The notes beneath the pieces are model-generated. The model was not told the origin of the DNA. It did no database searches and saw nothing but the letters and a program-made list of their open reading frames with translations. A stretch of DNA of 63,093 bases, counting the filler, from Aduncisulcus paluster (taxonomy: Eukaryota), in assembly GCA_024181965.1 (NCBI GenBank). It is 4 parts of 4 records of this genome, joined end to end, with 100 filler letters (N's around TTAATTAATTAA, not from the genome) between each part and the next. Parts side by side here need not be neighbours in the genome. Positions count along the whole stretch, not along the records: positions 1 to 16,400 come from BQXS01012735.1; 3 more parts are not named here. One strand, given 5' to 3'. Of this stretch, positions 1-9,945 are shown one piece after another. The first letter of the stretch is position 1. Each line of letters opens with the position of its first letter. A program made the position numbers and the translations under genes.

Positions 1-836
1 GTGGTTTTGGCGATGTGTCATATTTTTCTAGAGATAGTAGAAATACTTGTTATGTATCATATTTTTTTGAAGGGGCGGAATTAGAAGCTCTTTTAGGGTT
101 TTCAAGTCTGTGTTTTCAAGACAAGTATATCTCGGCAATCCGCTGTCAAATAGAAGACAAAACAAAACATAATCCTGAAAATCCTACTCTATCTGTGCTA
201 TCTCACGATGATCATGTGTTTTCATCTTTCGAAGAAGGAGATAAGGAAAGCCATTTTTTTAGTCATACTGGTGCAGAGATATCGATTTCTTCTTCAACAG
301 GAATTTCCTCTTCAATTTCTGCGAGTTGCCCAAGTGAACTTTGTTCTTCACAATCTTCTAATTCTTGGCTGGGCTCTTCTATTCCTGCTATCCTGATTCT
401 TGATGAGCAAAGCGATGATGATTGAGCTCATATTCTATTAATTATATTATTTTCCACATTTCCACTTATTTTTTTATTTGAAACCCTGACAAACTCCATT
501 TTTATTGATTGTTTGCGTGGTTTTTTCGATGGTATCAGTATATTGTTCTATACTGTACTTGTTATGATATCATCTTTATTGAAATTTTGTTCTATGTCTA
601 CTGGTTTGTGATGCATTTTATGGTACCGCCATACTCTGTAATGTGAATTCTTGTGTGTCTTATTTTAAAATTGCAATCAATGATTAATCATAATGATTGT
701 GTTGTATTAGTTGTTGTGTCATTAAATCTACCAATAATTCCTGTTGTTAGATGTTTATAAAATAAAACAACCTCATTTTCTAACAGATATTATGTTGAGT
801 CAAGTTTCAGGAAAATTACAAAGCTTAAATAAGTAA

Positions 837-1037
837 GGCCGCTCCTATCGGACACGTGTAAGGACAGGGCAACCGCGAAACATGCCCCAGCAGCAAGCTG
901 CAAGGTGGCACGAATCAAGAACTCCAAAAATAAAAAAGACGTTAAGTGGCTGCAAAACAACCACATTAATCCGTCAGGATTAATCGAACAGTTACTACAA
1001 ATGATCGAAGCATCTAAAAGATACTAACGAGACGAAA
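837..1037 (-). ncRNA. U2: U2 spliceosomal snRNA
   Basis: The minus strand reads AGTATCT-TTT-AGATGCT (stem I), GCT-TC-GATC (U2/U6 helix Ib/Ia), GTAGTA branch-pairing sequence (998-993) then ACTGTTC. These are followed by perfect stem IIa ATTAATCC-TGAC-GGATTAAT, stem IIb GTGGTTG..CAGCCAC, Sm site ATTTTTG (931-925) and two GC-rich 3' hairpins. Ends are approximate. Confidence 0.88.
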
Positions 1038-1402
1038 GAAAAAAGGAAATTTTTTTGAAATGATGCCTGATTATTTTTGAATCTTGAGAATCATATGCAA
1101 AGATACCAGAACTCAAATAAATCATTAATAAATTGCAATCAATATTTTTTTTTTCTTCTTAAAAAATTATCTAAATTCGTTAATGCTGGGATTTCGGAAA
1201 AACCTTCTCTTGCTTGAATTACTATAAAAAATCACGCATATTATGAAAAATTGAATATATATCTTCTTTTTCTTTATGGATATATTCTTCATAATTGTAT
1301 GCCATCTTGAAATAATGCCGGAATAATCGACTCACATTTTTATCGCAGTTGTTGATGGAAGAAAAATGAAACTGTCAATATAATTTCGTTAAAAACAATA
1401 GA

Positions 1403-2518
1403 ATGAATGATTCATCCCTCTCATATAAGACATTAATGTCTTCTCACAAGCGAATGAAGTCTTGTCGCGTTATATCTCATCCTACAAAAAGATTTGAAAA
1501 TATATTATCTAAAAAAGAGAAGTCTCTCTCTCCCTTTTTTTCATTGGGATCTCCCATTCGCATTTTTGTGAATACTTCTAACTTTTTTAGAGGGGGTTCA
1601 GTTGTTGGACAATTTGGTGATTGTTCAATTCTTTTTAAGTTTGAAGGGACCTTATTTGCGATAGATCAACATGCTCTTGATGAGCGAATTCAATTAGAAC
1701 AATACTCTCGTCTTGTCCATGAGCAGTTGCGTAGTATGTTCCATATTGATCAATCTCGATTTGTGATTTTCCATGGAGTTGCGCTTCTTCGAAAATATCA
1801 GTCGAGAAGTGAGATTCATCGACATCCATGCTTAGATGAACATCCTCTTATACGTTGCCATAAGATGTGCAAACAGCATCCAATCTTAGTTCATGTTTCT
1901 CAACGTTCTCTTGCAATCAAAAGACTTACACAATGGGGGTTTGCTTTTCATGTTAATGAAATGCCAGTTAAGAGGAAAGTTAAGTATGAAATAGTCACTC
2001 CTCCATCTCTCAAACATCTGGAATCACAATCAATTTCTTCGATTAATTCTCCTCCTCCAAAGCTTGTTGCTGCTCATTTCCTCATTTCTCAATCAGAGAT
2101 CATATCTAATACGCACAAGTTATCACATTCAGCTCATTCTCTTGAATCCTTATCAAGTTCCAAAGAGAGAGATGTAGATACCGCCGAAATGTATACATTT
2201 ACTATTTCTCATACACCATCTGTGTATGGAACTGTTGTTCATCCTTCCGTTGCCGAGGAGATTGTTTCAAATATCTCAGATCCACACAGTGTCCCATCAT
2301 GTCCCTTGCCCCCATCCATATTCAAGATCGTTGCATATCGTGCCTGTTTGAGTTCTATTGTTTCTGGAGATACCCTCTCAATGGACGAAATGAATACAAT
2401 CATTCGGCAGGCATGTGAGTGTGAGTTTCCATTTTACTGTGCACATGGTAGACCTGTCGTTGTCCCTCTTGTACGACTTGTACGCACAAGTCTTGTACCC
2501 AAGATTACTGGGAAATGA
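1403..2518 (+). CDS. MLH3: MutL-family (MLH3-like) C-terminal endonuclease domain protein without N-terminal ATPase
   Basis: DQHALDERIQLE (DQHAx2Ex4E), RACLSSIVSGD and PFYCAHGRP are MutL C-terminal motifs of MLH3 type. No GHKL ATPase motifs are present. Confidence 0.8.
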   Translation: MNDSSLSYKTLMSSHKRMKSCRVISHPTKRFENILSKKEKSLSPFFSLGSPIRIFVNTSNFFRGGSVVGQFGDCSILFKFEGTLFAIDQHALDERIQLEQYSRLVHEQLRSMFHIDQSRFVIFHGVALLRKYQSRSEIHRHPCLDEHPLIRCHKMCKQHPILVHVSQRSLAIKRLTQWGFAFHVNEMPVKRKVKYEIVTPPSLKHLESQSISSINSPPPKLVAAHFLISQSEIISNTHKLSHSAHSLESLSSSKERDVDTAEMYTFTISHTPSVYGTVVHPSVAEEIVSNISDPHSVPSCPLPPSIFKIVAYRACLSSIVSGDTLSMDEMNTIIRQACECEFPFYCAHGRPVVVPLVRLVRTSLVPKITGK

Positions 2519-2696
2519 TGAGTGTCTCTGGGTCTGGTAAAGATATGGATCCAACTTAATGATAGATCCAATCATATTCGAATTTCTGGTCAATCTCCTC
2601 TCAAATAAATATTTGGATAGATCTAATTTCGTAATATTTTCACTTACATTTGTTTGAAATCACATTTATTTAAACTCTTTGGAACCCATTATTGAC

Positions 2697-3515
2697 TTAT
2701 TCCATAGGGAAGGAGCATCCCATTTCATAGGGAGGAAGTTCAGGGAAGAATGGAGTCTCAGGATAATACAAACCACACTCCATCGTGATAAGATGCATAG
2801 GACAACCAATAGGGGGACGACGGCATGTGGGATCATCACAAACAGAATCAGAAGCGGTGCAACGGTACTCAGGTCCAAGGTACATGTAAGCGGGATCACA
2901 CTCAGGGTCGAAGAAGTTGCAGTAGGTGTAAAGCTCCTCAAAATACTCATTGTCAACAAATACAGTACTCACTTCACCACTGAACCAATTGCAGTGACCA
3001 TGGAATTCGATAACTCTTTCGAAAGGATTCTCGTATTCCTCACAGAGAGGGATGTTACCAGTCAAACCGTTGTTGTTAACGTAGAAGTATTTAAGCTGGT
3101 CCATGCCACAAGTACATTCAGGAATAGAGCCAATGAAGTAGTTATGGGTGAGTTGGAGGTACATAAGGTTTGAAAGGTCACAGATAGCCTCAGGAATAGT
3201 ATCAGTGAGGAAATTATCATTCAAATACAGAGAACGTAAAAATTCAAGCTTGTAAATTTCAGAAGTAATCTTTCCAGAGAGGTTATTGTTGTTGAGAACA
3301 AGGTATGCGACGTGTCCATCTGAAGTACACTCAATTCCGAACCAAGGATCGGTAACATCATCTCCACAAATAGGCAAATCAGTCATCCATCCATCACTTT
3401 GAGTCCAGTCAGGACCCCCAGCAAGATTATAGAAAGATTCTAGAGCCTCACGTTCATCATAAGCAAAAGCCAATCCAACAAGAATAAAAGCAAGAGCAAG
3501 GAAAATAAATCTCAT
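2697..3515 (-). CDS. Secreted leucine-rich-repeat protein with N-terminal LRR cap
   Basis: ATG at 3515 gives signal peptide MRFIFLALAFILVGLAFA. It is followed by an EREAL..W...W..C..WFGIEC cap, LxLxxNxLxGxIP repeats and a Cys/Pro-rich tail. Confidence 0.85.
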   Translation of the reverse strand: MRFIFLALAFILVGLAFAYDEREALESFYNLAGGPDWTQSDGWMTDLPICGDDVTDPWFGIECTSDGHVAYLVLNNNNLSGKITSEIYKLEFLRSLYLNDNFLTDTIPEAICDLSNLMYLQLTHNYFIGSIPECTCGMDQLKYFYVNNNGLTGNIPLCEEYENPFERVIEFHGHCNWFSGEVSTVFVDNEYFEELYTYCNFFDPECDPAYMYLGPEYRCTASDSVCDDPTCRRPPIGCPMHLITMECGLYYPETPFFPELPPYEMGCSFPME

Positions 3516-3852
3516 ATTATTTGGAAATACAGTTTCACAAGCTATGGAAGCAAAAAAGACGTCACGAGACAACGTATATGGAGAAACAGGTCATGACAAT
3601 TCATGTCAAAATTTGAATGACAACTGTAGATAGGAAAAAATAGAGAGAAATTAAACAAAAATACCATCTACCTCAGTCATCAAAATAAAATTAATCAATA
3701 TGAAAATAATATTTGATTCCAAAATTGGTTTCAGCCACAACAATTCTGAAAACGTTTAATATTGATAATATCGGCAAATTATAGGGATAAATAAACTAAA
3801 GAGGATGAATTATAATTAATTTATTTTAAACAAAGATCTGACAAAGCATCGA

Positions 3853-4128
3853 TCACTCTTTTTTCCCTAATTGTTTCATTACCTCATTAAATCCTTCAGC
3901 GTATCGTTTTGTAAAATTTGAAACTCTTTTCTTCTCACTTTCACTCAATTTTCCGCCCTTAAATGGATCATCAACACAATATTGAAAAGCTTTGATTGAA
4001 ACTCTTTCCATATATTCTCTGAGGAATTGAGCTTGTAACTGTCCAATATATTTATCTACTATAGCACTAGACCCCTTTTTCTTGGTTATAGGGGGGTTTA
4101 ATATCTTTTCAAAAGGGTTTTGGGACAT
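3853..4128 (-). CDS. Small Tim (Tim8/9/10/13-like) chaperone with degenerate twin CX3C motif
   Basis: 91 aa. QLQAQFLREYMERVSIKAFQYCVDDPFKGGKLSESEKKRVSNFTKRYAEGFNEV aligns by eye to the small-Tim pattern xxCFxKCV..PG..LxxxExxCxxxCxxRY...N.V. Confidence 0.65.
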   Translation of the reverse strand: MSQNPFEKILNPPITKKKGSSAIVDKYIGQLQAQFLREYMERVSIKAFQYCVDDPFKGGKLSESEKKRVSNFTKRYAEGFNEVMKQLGKKE

Positions 4129-4281
4129 CTACAGGATAATGAGAGTAATAAGATCCCATCCAACAAATAAAAAGAATAAATTGAAAAATTCATGCACATA
4201 CATATCAAATTATGATGAGGAGGAAATACTTTTCGATCAAAATAAAGAGTTAATATCAAAATCAACCTTGAACCACATCCA

Positions 4282-6577
4282 ATGTCAAGTCTTGTAGCTA
4301 CGGCTTCATATGACAGGACAATACGATTATGGAACACAAAGAATCCCAATTTTACCCATGTCATGTACCATCAAGATAGTGTATGTTTTTTTTATTAAAT
4401 TACTTCTCAATTGTTATAACACAACAATAGTAATCTTATTCTCATTATTTTTGTAGCAAATCAATGATTTAGTTGTGACTCAAGATCAAAAATGTGTGCT
4501 AGCAGCCGGGAGAAACTCAGTTTCTGTATATTCTGTCCAGGGCTCACCAGAGCCATCGTATAAATTTTCTGGACATGCTGGAAATATTACATCAGTATTA
4601 TGGGCTCATAAAGGAAATATTATTTTTACTTGTTCTGAAGATGGCTATATAGGAATCATTGATACTAGATTACATAGAATCACAAAGAAATGGGACCAAA
4701 AGAGCCCCGTAAATTGTATTGTTCCATATGGAGATCATCTTCTTGCGGGGGATCAATCTGGAACGGTTAAAATATATTCTATTCGTGCAGGAAAACATCT
4801 TGTTACCCTCCCACTCTTACCATCGGATATGGGCATATGTTCTATGGCTATTAATTCCAGCGGATCTGAATTTTGTATTACTGAAGGTACTGGTAGATTC
4901 CATGCCTTCTCATATAATCCTACAGGGTCAGTTCCTAATTCCCCCAGTCCTGGAACATTGGCTGCAGTGTCAGGTTCTGTTCCAACCATGTCATCACATC
5001 GTCCAGCATATTCAACATCTTCTACTCTTCATCCTTCAACATATTCCCGCATTCTTCCTCCTCCGCCAGCCTCAGCCTCCCAGACCATAGTCCCACTCTC
5101 CTCTCGTCTCGTTGTCAAAGCCCATGACGATATGTGTGTGTGCGCCCAATGGAGTGGTCGTGATCGAAGGTTTGTCACCTGTGGAGCTGATGGTGTGTGT
5201 CGAGTTTGGGAGCGTAACCCCAATATGGAATTATGTGACCATTTATATGACCCCACTGAGAAACATCTCCATGATGAGACAGGCCATCGCTATGTTGGGA
5301 CAGAGCGCGATAAAAGAGTTAGCTGGTCCTCATGGATTGGTGGCCAATCAACATTGGATGAAGATGGGAAGAGGACTAATTCTTGGTCTGAGCCTGTGAT
5401 GGGGGTCCGAAGTGGACAAAAACCATCCTCATCTTCCGATTCTTCTTCCAGGCCTCCCATGGATCGAGAAGAGGCATCGACCCCCCATTCAGCTATTCTT
5501 CCTTCCTTCATAGCACAGTCATATGACGATACATCCTCTCGAAGGACGTCCCGTGCTAAGATTGACAAGAGACGACACAGCGGAGGTCTGATCTCAAGTC
5601 TGAATGTGGCCAGTGGGTTGTACTCCCAACCAGCAGCTGGACGTGAGAGATCCTATTCAACAACTCTTTCTACTGCTCTGCCACATCAATTCCAGAGTGC
5701 AAGGGAAGGATCTTCCACGTCCTCTTCCTCTTCTCTCTCCCTCTCACAACTCTCTGTTCCTTCTCTCTCCTCCTCTCTCCCGCTTTCAAAGCTTTATTAT
5801 TCATATGATGCAATATATGACTCTGAACCTATCGTACGGTCACGATTAAGCCCTAATCGTATTCATGGGCGGTTTGGAGACTTGTGTGAGAGTGATAAGT
5901 TTGTCCACTTTGAACGAGAGAGAAGGATTCAATGGTACAAGAGATCAATACGGAAGAGGAGAGAATCTGAGGTTGAAAAACATGCTTTATCGCCTCGTCC
6001 ACCTGCCCCTCCCATTTCTCCTTCTTCCTCCTCCCCATCCTGTCGTTCGTTCCCACCTTATTCGTCCACCCACACCGACGATTACTTCACTCTCACTCAC
6101 GAAATCACTCATTCAGCACCCACACACTCTCTTACAGCTCCATCACCTGTCGTATCGACCCATAATCCCTGGATATGGTCATGTAAGGTCTCTTCATCGG
6201 CAGCTTTCGTTGTGACCGGCGGGGCCGATCATACTGCCCGAATATGGCACATTGGGGAGATATGGAGACCTAGGAAAATAGACTTCACGAGCGAGCAGGA
6301 CGAAGCCGTGAGACGTGACAAAGAAGAGAAAGAGGAATGGGAGGAAAAAATGAAGGATGAGCGAGATAAAGAGATTCGGAGAGCATCAGATAAGTACGGT
6401 CCCCTTAAGATCAAATCTCCTCCCCCAAGCAAACCAGGGGAGCCAGAAAGAAAGGGGCGGGATAAATTACTCGAATTAAAGAAGCTGGAAGGCCACGACA
6501 GGACTGTAAATTGTGTTGTCCTTGTTGATGGAGGAACTTCAAGACCCGGTGGGGGGAAAATGGGTTCAAGGAAATGA
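4282..6577 (+). CDS. LST8: TOR complex subunit LST8-like WD40 protein (2 exons, ~739 aa)
   Basis: Exon 1 (4282-4380) encodes MSSLVATASYDRTIRLW..HQDS. Intron 4381-4456 (GTATG..GTAG, phase 0). Exon 2 begins QINDLVVTQDQKCVLAAG, matching the LST8 N-terminus. Later motifs include GHAGNIT, TCSEDG and WIWSC..S....FVVTGGADHTARIW. Confidence 0.8.
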
Positions 6578-7058
6578 AATAACATATTATCATCGTCATC
6601 ATCAAATCATATATAATTAACCCAATTTCCAATGGATTTAATACATTTTTATACATTTTTCTTCCACCATACCCAAATTCAAGAATTTACCCTTCACCTT
6701 CAGCTATAATACTATTTCATATGTATACTAGTATTATAGTAGCCAACTATTAATAGGCTAGTCAGAGACTGTAATCATTCCGTTTCTTCATTTAAAACAA
6801 TATTTGAAGACAAGTTTGTCTTTATCATTATTTATGATACAAATATATTCATTATTATTGTTTTGTATCCTAATTGATGTTCTATTTTGTGGCTTGAAGT
6901 CATTTGTTGTTTTAACGGTGAAGTTGATAATATTATAAAATAAAATATTTCATAATTAAATTATATAATGATTTTTATTTATATTGGGTTGTCTAACATA
7001 AACATTATCTTAACTATGGCTATTTTAGAAGTTTTCCTCCTGTTTTGGCTCAATAGAA

Positions 7059-8156
7059 ATGGCTACTCCTGATATCCCGAACAAAAAGCCCAATATTGAC
7101 CTTCGGAAAAGTATTGGTATCGAAAAAGAGCGTCCTATCTATGATTACAACGGGATTACTTGTCGAGGTGCTGGTATTCTGTTTTATGCGATAAATCCTG
7201 AGGATAAGACTGATGGGAAAGTTTTTTTGATAGATAATAGATATTTTCATAAATTCGTGGAAGATATTGGTGGGAAAGCCGAGTTATCCGATTCTTGTCT
7301 GAGTATGTCATGGTTTTCCTTTCCAACTCTTATTTTTCTCCTTTTTATTATAACCAGATCATTAAAATGAAATTAATATTATTATTATTTTCTTTACAAC
7401 TTGTCAGGAGATGTTGCAATTCGTGAACTTCTTGAAGAATTTCCCCAATACTTATTTTCTGGCTGCCCCCCTCCCACTCGTGAATTTCTTCAAGAACAAC
7501 TCTCGTCTCCAAAAGCATATAAATTCCCAAATTATAATTGCAAATATCTCCTTTATATCTGCCAAATATCTTGGGATTTTGTAGACCAATGGGTGGGAGA
7601 GCGTCTCATGTGGGTGTCTCTGAAAAAGTCAGGCAGTCCCATTTCTGAAGCTAAAGAATCAATATGTGATCCAGCTTCATCATCAAATCCGAGGAAAAAA
7701 GAGACTAAAGAAGTTCGTGAAGAGTCTCTCTTAACCCCTCAACCATCAACAACAAAGTCAACGTCTCCGTCATATCCAAGTCTCTCTTCCTTATGCATGT
7801 ATGAAGCAGATCTCAGAAAGAACCTTAATCCCAGGACAATGCATGCCATCGGACTGTTAAAAGAAATCAGGAAAGGGGTGGATCCTGAAACGTATCTTAA
7901 GGAAAAATCTACTGAGAAATATTCTCACCCTTCTCCTTGGAAAGTAAGAGGAAGAGGAAGAGGAAGAGGGAGAGGAAGAGGAAGAGGAAGAGGGAGAGGG
8001 AGAGGGAGAGGGAGAGGGAGAGGAAGAAAGGAAAGTGAACAATCTGATAGTGTTCCAAAGCATCAATTAGGTAAACAACGCAATGTGAAGGATATTGAAC
8101 AACTCGCTTCAACTATACCCTCCCAGAAACGAAGATCTTTGCCCGTTGACAAATGA
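7059..8156 (+). CDS. Nudix hydrolase with C-terminal RG repeat (2 exons, ~330 aa)
   Basis: Removing intron 7303-7407 (GTATGT..TCAG, phase 1) restores a Nudix box, GGKAELSDSCLRDVAIRELLEE. RGAGILFY lies upstream and (RG)13 at 7947-8024. Confidence 0.7.
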
Positions 8157-8770
8157 AAATGCATTTCATATGCTATGAATAGCATCAAGTCAATATAGTC
8201 CACGTGATATCATCAGGTTTCATCGGAGGGGATTCATAAGAAATAGTCAGTATGTTTTGATGATTTATATAATCAAAAGAAATGCCAATTTATTACTCTC
8301 TTCATTTGATCTAAATGACACATTTTCATTGAGAAGAATATAATATTACCCCTCAAATCTTACGAAAACTTTGAATCCCTATTGATTAACAAACTTCTAT
8401 AGCATCATATTTAAGTGTTTATGACCATGAAAAACCACTATTATTGTTCGTTCGATTAGTATTATTGTATTCATTGAATTTCAACCAAAACAATGTTCTA
8501 TAAATATCAAAGAGATTGATTCAGAAAAAATGGGCTCTATATTCCACAGAACATGACAAATATCAAATAAATCAAATATTAATAATATTAATTATTAATA
8601 ATAAATATATCATATGTTGAACCCAATCATGCACAAATAAAATCAACAAGTGAGATCTTGTGGTTAAAATTGGATCGAATGGAAGTGGTTCAAATCTGAA
8701 TCCTAAAATCACACGCAAGGAAAGGATAACAATAATAATGTTGGTAATAGGATCTATTCCGGCATTCTCT

Positions 8771-9781
8771 CTATTCTTTGAGCTCTCCCCGTCTCCTCAT
8801 TTCCGTGGCTTCTTTATAAGCAGTATCGATAGGAGGCTGAACAGGTGGCAGAGGAGCATGGGCATGAGACAAGGCATAACTAGCATCACTGTCAAACCCA
8901 CTGAGGTCTCCACATGCCAAGAAAGGGGTGAGAGCTGCCTGTAAGGATGATTGGATCTTGGCAGCGGCAGGGTCAAGGATAACCTCTGGGATATCAACGC
9001 CTTCCTCTCCAATCACTCTATCCGCTTCTTCCTCTTCATCTTTCTTCTCATCAGCAACTAATTCATCCATTCTACTCTTTGCTTCTTTGATTTTCTCATC
9101 TTCATCATCACCAAGGCTTCCAAGGGGAGGAATGTAACCAGGCAGAGGAGTAAATTTCTTACAGACAATAAAGGCCTCAAGAGACGAATTCCTACTTGAT
9201 TTTGGTTTGGATATCGTAACAAATGGGAAAAACGTGTGCATTTGACTATACAACAAATCACTGGCATCAGGTCCACGAAATACCTTAGCGACAAAGGTTC
9301 CATCCTTTTCAAGTAAACGATACGCAATAGAAAACGCGGCGAAAACAAGCTGAGCCTGCAGATACTCATCTAAATCATGCAATCCAGTAACATCAGGAGC
9401 ACCATCACAAACGACAAGTTGGGCCTTTCCATCCATAGCTTTAATAATTTCATTTGCAGTTTTCACAGATGTGATATCTCCTTGGATTTGAATAACTCCT
9501 GGTAAAGGAGCCATAGGATTAAGATCGACGGAAACCAATTTCACCTTTTCAGAAGCCTTGGCCTCTCCTATTTCCATTTCAGCATTTTGATAAATCTTTC
9601 TACTCAATACCTGACTCCAAGACCCTGGAGCTGCACATAAATCAACAGCCCTTGTGACTCCATCGAACAAGTGAAACACACTATCCAATTGAATCAATTT
9701 GAAGGCAGATCTAGCTCTCCAACCTTCTTCTTTCGCTTTTCTATAGAAAATATCCCTCTTATCTTTTGATAACTTTGCCAT
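8771..9781 (-). CDS. TRM7: tRNA (C32/G34) 2'-O-methyltransferase Trm7/FTSJ1
   Basis: MAKLSKDKRDIFYRKAKEEGWRARSAFKL, VDLCAAPGSWSQV, CDGAPDVTGLHDLDEY and KPKSSRNSSLEAF. The likely start is the ATG at 9781. Confidence 0.95.
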   Translation of the reverse strand: MAKLSKDKRDIFYRKAKEEGWRARSAFKLIQLDSVFHLFDGVTRAVDLCAAPGSWSQVLSRKIYQNAEMEIGEAKASEKVKLVSVDLNPMAPLPGVIQIQGDITSVKTANEIIKAMDGKAQLVVCDGAPDVTGLHDLDEYLQAQLVFAAFSIAYRLLEKDGTFVAKVFRGPDASDLLYSQMHTFFPFVTISKPKSSRNSSLEAFIVCKKFTPLPGYIPPLGSLGDDEDEKIKEAKSRMDELVADEKKDEEEEADRVIGEEGVDIPEVILDPAAAKIQSSLQAALTPFLACGDLSGFDSDASYALSHAHAPLPPVQPPIDTAYKEATEMRRRGELKE

Positions 9782-9945
9782 ATCTCCACAAAACGTGGAT
9801 GAATTGATAGTATTTTCGAAAATTAACCAATAAAATGCATTCCTACATTTCTTAATATTAGTTTTATTCCAACAAAATAAATTAAAATTTGTTTCAAATT
9901 CCCCGCAAATTGAAAATGCTTGTTTTGGCACGACAACACAAGAAA

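Noticed and set aside
1..431. ORF 15-425 and an acidic minus-strand frame
   Set aside because: The plus-strand ORF looks like an antisense shadow. The minus frame has no start and contains stops, so it is at best decayed coding sequence.
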